Origin: an uncultured Clostridia bacterium
Lineage (GTDB): Bacteria; Bacillota; Clostridia; TANB77; CAG-508
Assembly: GCA_947628395.1 (NCBI GenBank)
Contig: CANQZP010000002.1
Coordinates: forward strand, 1-60,988
Reading direction: 5' to 3'
DNA: 60,988 nt
The notes below the pieces were generated by a model that ran no database searches, was not told where the DNA came from, and saw only the letters and a list, made by a program, of their open reading frames with translations. The stretch's first letter is position 1. Each line of letters begins with the position of its first letter. The position numbers were made by a program, and so were the translations under genes. Shown here piece by piece: positions 10,043-18,766 of this stretch.

Positions 10043-11050
10043 CTATCTATTTTTTAATACATATCTCCAAGAATCTCTACACATATCTTCTAGTGTTTTA
10101 GTTGCTTTCCAACCAAGTTCCTTTTCTGCTTTTGTAGGATCTGCAAAATAAATTGCTAAATCTCCATCTCTTCTTGGTGCAATTTTATATGGTACATCTA
10201 CATTATTTACTGTAGAAAAAGTATTAACCATTTCTAATACTGTATAAGCAGTTCCTGTTCCTAAATTATATGTATATATTCCTTTTTTTCCTTTTTCTAA
10301 TTTTTCTAAAGCTTTTATATGTCCAATAGCTAAATCAACTACATGCAAATAATCTCTAGCTCCTGTTCCATCCTTTGTTCCTTCATAATCATTTCCAAAT
10401 ACATTTAAATGGTCTAGTTCTTTATTAGCTACCTTCATTATATAAGGCATTAAATTATTAGGTATTCCTTGAGATTCTTCACCTATTAAACCACTTTCAT
10501 GAGCACCTACCGGATTAAAATATCTCAAAATAGCAATATTCCAACAATTATCTGATATATATAGATCTTCTAAGATTTGCTCTATCATAGATTTAGTTGT
10601 ACCATAAGGATTTGTTGTTTTTCCTCTTCCAAGTTCCTCGATATATTTAGGTGTACCTGGATTTCCATAAATAGTAGCTGATGAACTAAATACAAAAGTT
10701 TTTACATTATATTTTTTCATAGTTTCTAATAAAATAATTGCTCCAGAAACATTATTATTATAATACTTTAAAGGTTCTTTTACAGATTCTCCCACAGCTT
10801 TAAATCCCGCAAAATTTATTACTGCATCTATATGATTTTCCTCAAAAACTTTTTCTAAATCTTGCCTATTTAAATAATCAATCTCGTAAAATTTAAAATC
10901 TTTTCCTGTTATTTTTTTTATAGCATCTAAACTTTTTTTCTTACTATTAGAAAAGTTATCTATTACCACAACTTCTCTTCCTGAATTTAATAATTCAACT
11001 ACTGTATGACTTCCAATAAATCCTGCACCACCAGTTACTAATATTGCCAT
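10043..11050 (-). CDS. galE: UDP-glucose 4-epimerase
   Basis: 335 aa. ILVTGGAGFIGSH, YGTTK catalytic YxxxK, GTGARDYLHVVDLA, all typical of GalE. Confidence 0.9.
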   Translation of the reverse strand: MAILVTGGAGFIGSHTVVELLNSGREVVVIDNFSNSKKKSLDAIKKITGKDFKFYEIDYLNRQDLEKVFEENHIDAVINFAGFKAVGESVKEPLKYYNNNVSGAIILLETMKKYNVKTFVFSSSATIYGNPGTPKYIEELGRGKTTNPYGTTKSMIEQILEDLYISDNCWNIAILRYFNPVGAHESGLIGEESQGIPNNLMPYIMKVANKELDHLNVFGNDYEGTKDGTGARDYLHVVDLAIGHIKALEKLEKGKKGIYTYNLGTGTAYTVLEMVNTFSTVNNVDVPYKIAPRRDGDLAIYFADPTKAEKELGWKATKTLEDMCRDSWRYVLKNR

Positions 11051-11147
11051 AATTTTCTCCTTTTTATTTTAATAAATTAAGTACACTCTCAAAAATTTCA
11101 TCATTTGTTAATTCCTTATTTACATTCTTCGTAAAAAAATAATTTTT

Positions 11148-14100
11148 CTATCTGTAATACCTGTCCATATCAACATTTCCTAGAATTCCATTAACTGTTC
11201 CTCTACTTGTATATTGCCACATGATATATTTATTTTTATAATCACATGTTGAATTCCATTGTGCAACCCATTTATCATATTTAAATAATATATTATTATT
11301 TAAATATGAATTTAGCCAACTAAGACTCGCATATATTCCGGCTTTATATCCATTATTCATCAAGATTGTACAAAATTCATTGGCAACTTGTACACCTGAT
11401 TCATAAGTAATATCATTTCTTTTTTTATATCCATCTGCATCTTCTATATCAATCCATACTCCAAGTGTTGGATTTGCACTATTTTCTCTAATTAATCTTA
11501 ATGCATGTTCTGCTTCTGATCTTCCTCCTTCTACATCTCCAGCATAAGAATATAAATATATTCCATATGGAATCCCTAATCTTTCACATTCTTTAACATT
11601 ATAACTAAAATATTTATCATCTTGTGATGAATCATTTTTTCCATATCCACATCTAATAATTGCAAACTGTATTCCTGATTTTTTTACTTCAGACCAATTA
11701 ATTTGACTTTGATACTGAGACACATCAATTCCGTTATATACCCTAGGTTCAGTTTCTTTTATAAAAAATTCTTGAATTTCTCCTGCATTTTCTTCGTATG
11801 TACATATATTCGTTCCGTTACTTGCTCCTCCATTTAAAGCAGTTAAATATAAACCATTACATTTTGATATTAATTTATATGTACCTTTTTCTTCATTATA
11901 TATTATTTTCCATTTTTGTGCATCTGCTCCGTTATCTTCCCATACTCTAACATTAGTTCCATTTTCCTTACCTGCATCTTTTACATCTAACATTTTTTCT
12001 GATTTTAAAGATTGAATAGTATAATAGCCATCTTTACAATACTCAATACTAAATTTTTGATGGTTTTCATCTAATCTTTGCCATAATTGTATATTAGCTC
12101 CACTGTTTAAACTAGCACCTTCTACATCTAATATCATATTAGGATTTGCTAAAGAACCTATTTCATAAAGTCCATCATCTATTACATTTGGAGTTGCTTC
12201 TTCAAACATAAATTCTTGTACTTTCGCTTCACTTCCTTCGTACATTTGTAAATTAGTTCCATCTGTTGTTATTCCATTCCATACATCTATATATAAATCA
12301 TTGCATTTTGAAATTATATTATATCTTCCATCTCCTACTTCTTTTATTATCCACTTTTGCGCATCTGCTCCATTATTTTCCCATGTTCTTACATTTGTTC
12401 CATTTTTCATTCCCGCATCTTGTACATCTAAACATCCGCCTGTCTTTTTGGATGTTATTTTATAATATCCGTCTTTTAAATAATTAATTATAAATGCTTG
12501 TGAATTTTGATTCTTATCTTTGCTTATAACTGCATTATTATTATTCGAAATACTTATTACTTTATTTGAATCATTTGAAACTTTTATTTTATAAAGTCCA
12601 TCTTCTATTGTCTTTGTTCCTTTTTCATGTTCTACTTTTTCAAATATAAACCTTTGTGCTTTTGCTCCATTATTTGGCTGCATTTGTATATTTGTTCCAT
12701 CTGTTGTCATTTCGCACCATACATCTAAGTATAAATCATTACATTTTGAGATTATATTATATGTCCCATCTCCTACTTCTTTTATTATCCATCTTTGTGC
12801 ATCTGCTCCATTATCTTCCCATGTTCTTACATTTGTCCCATTTTCCTTACCTGCATCTTGTACATCTAAACATCCATATGTCTTTTTTGACTTTATTTTA
12901 TAATATCCCTCTCCTTGATATTCTATATCAAATCTATTTTGTAATGTTTGTTCATTGCTTCTTATTTCTATGTTTTGATTATCTGCTTCATATATTGTCT
13001 TATTTGTATTTCTAGAAAACTTTATTCTATATTCTCCATTTTCTATTGTCTTTGTTCCTTTTTCATGCTCTACTTTTTCAAATATAAACTTTTGTGCTTT
13101 TGCTCCATTATTTTGAAACATTTGCACATTCGTTCCATCTGTTGTTTCTTCGCACCATACATCTAAGTATAAATCATTACATTTTGAGATTATATTATAT
13201 GTCCCATCTCCTGCTGCTTTTATTATCCATTTTTGTGCATCTGCTCCATTATCAGTCCATGTTCTTACATTTGTACAATTTTTCATTCCTCCATCTTGTA
13301 CATCTAAACATCTTCCTGTATTTTTTGATGTTATTTTATAATATCCATCTCCTTGATATTCTATATCAAATCTATTTTGTAATGTTTGTTCATTACTTCT
13401 TATTTCTATATTTTTGTTGTCTGCTTCATATATTGTTTTATTTGTATTTTTAGAAAACTTTATTCTATATTCACCATTTTCTATTGTTTGTGTTCCTTTT
13501 TCATGCTCTACCTTTTCAAATATAAACTTTTGTGCTTTTGCTCCATTATTTTGAAACATTTGCACATTCGTTCCATCTGTTGTTTCTTCACACCATACAT
13601 CTAAGTATAAATCATTACATTTTGAGATTATATTATATGTCCCATCTCCTGCCTCTTTTATTATCCATCTTTGTGCATCTGCTCTATTATCAGTCCATGT
13701 CCTTACATTTGTACAATTTTTTATTTCTCCATCTTGTACATCTAAACATCTTCCTGTATTTTTTGATGTTATTTTATAATATCCATTTCCTTGATATTCT
13801 ATATCAAATCTATTTTGCAATGTTTGCTCATTACTTCTTATTTCTATATTTTTATTATCTGCTTCATATATTGTCTTATTTGTATTTTTCGAAAACTTTA
13901 TTCTATATTCTCCATTCTCTATTGTTTTTGTTCCTTTTTCATGTTCTACTTTTTCAAATATAAACTTTTGTGCTTTTGCTCCATTATTTTGATACATTTG
14001 CACATTTGTTCCATCTGTTGTTTCTTCGCACCATACATCTAAATATAAACCATTACATTTTGAGATTATATTATATGTCCCATCTCCTGCCTCTTTTATT

Positions 14101-14762
14101 ATCCACCTTTGTGCATCTGCTCCATTATCAGTCCATGTTCTTACATTTGTACAATTTTTCATTTCTCCATCTTGTACATCTAAACATCTTCCTGTATTCT
14201 TTGATGTTATTTTATAATATCCATCTCCTTGATATGTTATATCAAATCTGTTTTGTAATGTTTGGGCATTGCTTCTTATTTCTATATTTTTGTTATCTGC
14301 TTCATATATTGTCTTATTTGTATTTTTTGAAAACTTTATTCTATATTCTCCATTTTCTATTGTTTGTGTTCCTTTCTCAGACATAATCTTCATGAACTCT
14401 TTTTCATTCTCAGAAGAATTAGAATAATTTATTTGTTCTTCAGTTGTATTAAAACTTTCTACATTTTCTATATATTGTTTATCATTTTGTAAATTTGATT
14501 CTTCTATTGCTTCATTCTCTACTTTATTTTCTGCCTCTTCTGGCTCCAATACTTCTAATGATTCATCTATTACTTTTTCATCTTCTGTATCCTGTGATTC
14601 TGATTCTTCTGTTACTTCATTTATGTCTTTTTCTTCTATATCTTCTTCTATTTTTTCTTCATCTTTAATATTTTCTTCTGTAGCATCTATAATCACTGGA
14701 AACATAACATTAAAAATTAAAATTATTAACAGTATATTAGTTATAAATCTATATTTATTCAT
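11148..14762 (-). CDS. secreted GH25 muramidase with six ricin-type beta-trefoil lectin units
   Basis: 1204 aa. The N-terminal signal-like segment (MNKYRFITNILLIILIFNVMFPVIIDA) is followed by an acidic linker. Six ~146-aa units (aa 129-1004) each carry three Q-x-W/F-like subrepeats (QNRF, AQRW, AQKF). The C-terminal ~200 aa begin NGIDVSQYQSQINWSEVKKSGIQFAIIRCGYG, typical of GH25 lysozymes. Confidence 0.85.
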   Translation of the reverse strand: MNKYRFITNILLIILIFNVMFPVIIDATEENIKDEEKIEEDIEEKDINEVTEESESQDTEDEKVIDESLEVLEPEEAENKVENEAIEESNLQNDKQYIENVESFNTTEEQINYSNSSENEKEFMKIMSEKGTQTIENGEYRIKFSKNTNKTIYEADNKNIEIRSNAQTLQNRFDITYQGDGYYKITSKNTGRCLDVQDGEMKNCTNVRTWTDNGADAQRWIIKEAGDGTYNIISKCNGLYLDVWCEETTDGTNVQMYQNNGAKAQKFIFEKVEHEKGTKTIENGEYRIKFSKNTNKTIYEADNKNIEIRSNEQTLQNRFDIEYQGNGYYKITSKNTGRCLDVQDGEIKNCTNVRTWTDNRADAQRWIIKEAGDGTYNIISKCNDLYLDVWCEETTDGTNVQMFQNNGAKAQKFIFEKVEHEKGTQTIENGEYRIKFSKNTNKTIYEADNKNIEIRSNEQTLQNRFDIEYQGDGYYKITSKNTGRCLDVQDGGMKNCTNVRTWTDNGADAQKWIIKAAGDGTYNIISKCNDLYLDVWCEETTDGTNVQMFQNNGAKAQKFIFEKVEHEKGTKTIENGEYRIKFSRNTNKTIYEADNQNIEIRSNEQTLQNRFDIEYQGEGYYKIKSKKTYGCLDVQDAGKENGTNVRTWEDNGADAQRWIIKEVGDGTYNIISKCNDLYLDVWCEMTTDGTNIQMQPNNGAKAQRFIFEKVEHEKGTKTIEDGLYKIKVSNDSNKVISISNNNNAVISKDKNQNSQAFIINYLKDGYYKITSKKTGGCLDVQDAGMKNGTNVRTWENNGADAQKWIIKEVGDGRYNIISKCNDLYIDVWNGITTDGTNLQMYEGSEAKVQEFMFEEATPNVIDDGLYEIGSLANPNMILDVEGASLNSGANIQLWQRLDENHQKFSIEYCKDGYYTIQSLKSEKMLDVKDAGKENGTNVRVWEDNGADAQKWKIIYNEEKGTYKLISKCNGLYLTALNGGASNGTNICTYEENAGEIQEFFIKETEPRVYNGIDVSQYQSQINWSEVKKSGIQFAIIRCGYGKNDSSQDDKYFSYNVKECERLGIPYGIYLYSYAGDVEGGRSEAEHALRLIRENSANPTLGVWIDIEDADGYKKRNDITYESGVQVANEFCTILMNNGYKAGIYASLSWLNSYLNNNILFKYDKWVAQWNSTCDYKNKYIMWQYTSRGTVNGILGNVDMDRYYR
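11751..14378. repeat. tandem 438-bp coding repeats (six units; four near-identical at 12627-14378)
   Basis: Protein units repeat every 146 aa. The spurious plus-strand ORFs start at 12656, 13094, 13532 and 13970, exactly 438 nt apart, which confirms the period at DNA level. The two promoter-distal units (11751-12626) are more diverged. Confidence 0.9.
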
Positions 14763-14831
14763 CTAAAATTCACCTCATGATTTATTATATATTATAAAAT
14801 TTTTTTATTCAATGTTATTTTTTTCAATATT

Positions 14832-15938
14832 CTATAAAACTTCTTTAACCAAATTTAGAGATTCTTTTATTATCTTGTCCATATCATAATATTTATAATT
14901 TCCAAGCCTTCCACCGAAAATTATTTTTTCTTCTTTATCTGCTAATTCTTTATATTTTTTAAATAGGGAATTATTTTTTTCATCATTTACTGGATAATAT
15001 GCCTCATCCCCAAATTTCCAATTCACTGGATATTCTTTAGTTATAACAGTACCTTTACATTTAGTAAATTCAAAATGTTTATGTTCTATTATCCTAGTAT
15101 ATTTTTGATCATGGCTTGTATAATTTACAACAGCATTTCCCTGATAATTATCTTCATCTTCTAATATTTCATTTTCAAACTTTAATGAACGCCATTCTAA
15201 ATTTCCAAATTTATAATCATAATATTCATCAATCATTCCTGTATACAATATTTTATCTGCTAAATTATTATATTTCTCCCTGTTTTTTAGATAATCAATT
15301 CCTAATTCTACATCTGCCTTAGCTAGCATTTTTTCTATAATAACATTATAACCACCTATTGGTATTCCTTGATATCTATCATTAAAATAATTATTATCAT
15401 ATGTAAATCTTACTGGTAATCTTTTTATTATAAATGATGGTAATTCTTTACAATCTTTTCCCCATTGCTTTTCTGTATATTCTTTTACTAACTTTAAATA
15501 AATATCTTTTCCAACTAGAGATATAGCTTGTTCTTCTAAGTTTTTAGGTTCTTTAATATCATATTCTGCTTTTTGTTCTTCTATTTTTTGTTCTGCTTCT
15601 TTTGGTGTTTTTACTCCCCACAATTTTGAGAAAGTATTCATATTAAATGGAAGATTATATATTTCTCCTTTATAATTTGCAATTGGTGAATTTATATAAT
15701 TATTAAATTCAGCAAATTGATTAACATATTCCCATATTTCTTTATCACTTGTATGAAAAATATGAGCACCATACTTGTGTACATTTATATTATTTATTTT
15801 CTCACAATAAATATTTCCGCCAATATGTTCTCTTCTATCTACTACTAAACATTTTTTTCCCTTCTTACTCATTTCATAAGCAAACACTGCACCAAATACC
15901 CCTGCTCCTACTATTAGATAATCATATTTTTTATTCAT
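14832..15938 (-). CDS. glf: UDP-galactopyranose mutase
   Basis: 368 aa. FAD motif YDYLIVGAGVFGAVFA, HIGGNIY, KYGAHIFHT and a C-terminal GRLGNYKYYDMD, characteristic of Glf. Confidence 0.92.
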   Translation of the reverse strand: MNKKYDYLIVGAGVFGAVFAYEMSKKGKKCLVVDRREHIGGNIYCEKINNINVHKYGAHIFHTSDKEIWEYVNQFAEFNNYINSPIANYKGEIYNLPFNMNTFSKLWGVKTPKEAEQKIEEQKAEYDIKEPKNLEEQAISLVGKDIYLKLVKEYTEKQWGKDCKELPSFIIKRLPVRFTYDNNYFNDRYQGIPIGGYNVIIEKMLAKADVELGIDYLKNREKYNNLADKILYTGMIDEYYDYKFGNLEWRSLKFENEILEDEDNYQGNAVVNYTSHDQKYTRIIEHKHFEFTKCKGTVITKEYPVNWKFGDEAYYPVNDEKNNSLFKKYKELADKEEKIIFGGRLGNYKYYDMDKIIKESLNLVKEVL

Positions 15939-15972
15939 TATTACTACCTCCTATATTGGCATATTTATTTTA

Positions 15973-16743
15973 CTATAATTTTATTATATCTACATTTACA
16001 TTTAATGCTTTTATTTTATTATACACATCTTCTATTTTCTTGCTTTCTATTTCCGAAAATTTTATCATTTCTTTTCCTATTGAATCATATTTGCTTTCTG
16101 CCAAATTATGTATTTTAAATATTTCTACTTTCTTACATTTGTATTTATTAAGCAAGTCTATTATTTTTTCAATATTATGCTTTTTTAGAGTATATTCTTC
16201 TATTAATGGAATTCTAAATATGTTAATTTGATCATTTTTAGATAGGAAATCTAAATTTTTAAAATATAAATCTATATTACCATTTATAACCTTTTTGCAC
16301 TCATCCTTATCCAATATTTTTATATCTATTATAAATTCATCTATATATTTAGCAGCAATCTTTACAAAGTCAGTTGGAACTTGTAAAGCTGTCTCAATAC
16401 AAATATTTATTTTTTCTTGTTTTAATTTTATTAACAATGGTTCTAACTGCTTAATTTGTAATAACGGTTCTCCTCCAGAAAAAGTAACGCCTCCATTATT
16501 AACTTTATAATATAGCTTATCTTTTATAATTTCGCTGTATAAATCCATTAACTCTATATCTTGTCCAAAAAATCCTGATTCTTTTGTAGTTTTATTAGTA
16601 AATTTAGTTTTTTCAAAATCTATATTTTCTGGATTTGCACACCAAGGGCATCTTAAGTTACAACCTTTCAAGAATACTGTTGTTCTTATTCCTGGTCCAT
16701 CATGTAGGCTAAATCTTTGTATATTAGATACTCTTACCTTCAT
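15973..16743 (-). CDS. glycyl-radical enzyme activating protein (radical SAM, PflA-sized)
   Basis: 256 aa. N-terminus SLHDGPGIRTTVFLKGCNLRCPWCANPE carries the CxxxCxxC cluster (codons 16639-16662) and FSGGEPLL. Overlaps the upstream GRE gene by 20 nt. Confidence 0.88.
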   Translation of the reverse strand: MKVRVSNIQRFSLHDGPGIRTTVFLKGCNLRCPWCANPENIDFEKTKFTNKTTKESGFFGQDIELMDLYSEIIKDKLYYKVNNGGVTFSGGEPLLQIKQLEPLLIKLKQEKINICIETALQVPTDFVKIAAKYIDEFIIDIKILDKDECKKVINGNIDLYFKNLDFLSKNDQINIFRIPLIEEYTLKKHNIEKIIDLLNKYKCKKVEIFKIHNLAESKYDSIGKEMIKFSEIESKKIEDVYNKIKALNVNVDIIKL

Positions 16744-18766
16744 TTTTTAAAGCCCTTTCTATCAACAAATTTTTATAATTTTCTGGTAAGTCGTTGAAAT
16801 ATGCACTAAATCCCCATACTCTAACAATTAAGTTTTCGAAATCTTTAGGATTATTTTTAGCTTTTATTAAAATATCACTACTTGTAACATTCATTTGCAT
16901 TTGGAAAAATCCCAATGATATACTTAAAATTAAAAAATCTATCATTTTATCAAAATTATCTTCTATAAATGATGGTGTAATCATAAAATCTATTACATTT
17001 CCATTAAATCTATGATTATCATAATCTAATTTAGTTGCAAATTGTATAAGCTCTGTGTAAGCTACTGAGGCTTTGTCAGATGATATGTGAGTTCCAAATG
17101 GTTCTCCGTTTTTTCTACCATCAAATGAAGCTTCAGCTCGTTCGGCTTTACTTATATATGTTGGTGCACTATAACCAAATTTTATTTTACCTCCAAATAT
17201 ATTTTTCTGAGAATCTAGAACTTTATCAACACATCCTGTTATCATATTAGACAAATCTATTATTTCATCATTTTCAGTTCCAAATCTATTAGGTTGTTGT
17301 TTTAGTTCTCGTAATATTTCGTCTTCTTCCTTAAAATTATTTTTCCTTATTTCATTTAATTCATTTAATGTATATTTTTTTTCTTCAAATACAAATTTTT
17401 TCAAATTATATAAGCTGTTCACTACAGAACTTAAAGAAACCGCTGTTAAACCATAATTATTATATTTTGCTCCTCCAATTGAAACATCTTTTAATGCTGT
17501 ATTGCAATCATCTGTAAGCATTGATAAAAGTGGCGTTTCTTCCCATTGAATTTTATTTATCTCTTCAATATAATTAATAATATATTCTTCTAGATATTTC
17601 TTATATTTTTCTATAAGTTCTTCATATTCTGTAATTTCTTCTAAATTTTCTTCTTCCAGCATTTTATATAGAGGCTCAATATAAACAATTGAATCAATAT
17701 TGTTTTGTTCTACGCTCTTTCCTACCATTAAAGGCTCCCAACAAGCTGATGTCACATAATTATATGCATCTTCTTCATCATATCCAAATGAAATTAGTTT
17801 TGGTATTATCACATCATCATTTGAAAATAATGGACAACCTATTCCTGTTTTTATACATTTTAACGATAATTCCATTAATTCTCTTGGAACATCCTTTGTA
17901 ATTCGCAAAAAGACTTTAGGATCAGGTATTTGTAATTCCATAATAGCCTCTATAAATAAATACGTAAGTTCATTACAAAAATATGAACCATCTTTTTCTT
18001 TTCCGCCTAATATAATAATCTGACCTGTATCTCCCATTAAAACATTGCTTTTATACCAGAAATTCTGATGTAATATTTTACACATATCTTTAATCATTTC
18101 TATAGCTTCATTTCTGGTTATTTTATTATTTTTCTTATCATTATTATAAACTTCCTCTAAAATTTTATCTAACCTTCCAAGTCCATTTAAACCATGACCT
18201 AATTGCCATAAAAGTTGATTGAAAAATAATATTCTTTGTAACGATTCTTCGAATGATTCTGCTTTTTTATCTTTAATATTCATTAAAAAACTTATAATAG
18301 CTTCTTTATTTACTATATTGCTTTTTTCAATTTCCTTACATTCTCTATCTATATACTCTTCTATTCCTAATAAAAGTTCTTTTTGGTTTTCTTTATATTC
18401 ACTATCTTTTAACTTTGAATTAATATCTTTAAAATCTTTTATAGATAATTTTAAAACTTTAGAATAATCAATAGTTACATTTTCTATCATTCTATTATCT
18501 CTGTGAATAGTTTTATAAATATCAAGATTGTATACGAATCTATCTTCATCATTTATTTTTATATTTACTTTATTAAATAATTTTCTTATTTGCTTACCTT
18601 TTATAAATTTTTTACTAGGTGCATAAAATTTAAATAAAGCTTTAATAGCAAAAATTATTGTTTTTAATATACTTTTACATTTTCTTTTATATTTGTATAC
18701 TAATTTAATATATACTAAGAATGTTTCACTAAAATTATTTAATATAAAATTTTTAATCCACTGCAC
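16724..18766 (-). CDS. glycyl-radical enzyme, PFL2/dehydratase-like, unusually short
   Basis: 680 aa. C-terminal fingerprint IVRVWGFSAYF (Gly652, codon 16811-16813). Cys loop TSACWEP (Cys342, codon 17741-17743; Glu344) lies 310 residues upstream. FDGRKNGEPFG and IIILGG resemble PFL2-family motifs. The start is uncertain: the first ~90 aa are basic/hydrophobic and overlap wzx by 14 nt. Confidence 0.8.
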   Translation of the reverse strand: MQWIKNFILNNFSETFLVYIKLVYKYKRKCKSILKTIIFAIKALFKFYAPSKKFIKGKQIRKLFNKVNIKINDEDRFVYNLDIYKTIHRDNRMIENVTIDYSKVLKLSIKDFKDINSKLKDSEYKENQKELLLGIEEYIDRECKEIEKSNIVNKEAIISFLMNIKDKKAESFEESLQRILFFNQLLWQLGHGLNGLGRLDKILEEVYNNDKKNNKITRNEAIEMIKDMCKILHQNFWYKSNVLMGDTGQIIILGGKEKDGSYFCNELTYLFIEAIMELQIPDPKVFLRITKDVPRELMELSLKCIKTGIGCPLFSNDDVIIPKLISFGYDEEDAYNYVTSACWEPLMVGKSVEQNNIDSIVYIEPLYKMLEEENLEEITEYEELIEKYKKYLEEYIINYIEEINKIQWEETPLLSMLTDDCNTALKDVSIGGAKYNNYGLTAVSLSSVVNSLYNLKKFVFEEKKYTLNELNEIRKNNFKEEDEILRELKQQPNRFGTENDEIIDLSNMITGCVDKVLDSQKNIFGGKIKFGYSAPTYISKAERAEASFDGRKNGEPFGTHISSDKASVAYTELIQFATKLDYDNHRFNGNVIDFMITPSFIEDNFDKMIDFLILSISLGFFQMQMNVTSSDILIKAKNNPKDFENLIVRVWGFSAYFNDLPENYKNLLIERALKNEGKSI

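Noticed and set aside
11751-14378. Possible CRISPR array or satellite, given the regular repeats
   Set aside because: The period is 438 bp with no short repeat/spacer alternation, and the repeats are in-frame coding units of a lectin domain. No cas genes are present.
12266-14386. Series of plus-strand ORFs (73-143 aa) rich in L/H/F/Y, several starting exactly 438 nt apart
   Set aside because: They are antisense to the well-supported GH25/ricin-repeat CDS, low in complexity, and only mirror the 438-bp tandem repeat. They are artefacts of AT-rich repeated DNA, not genes.
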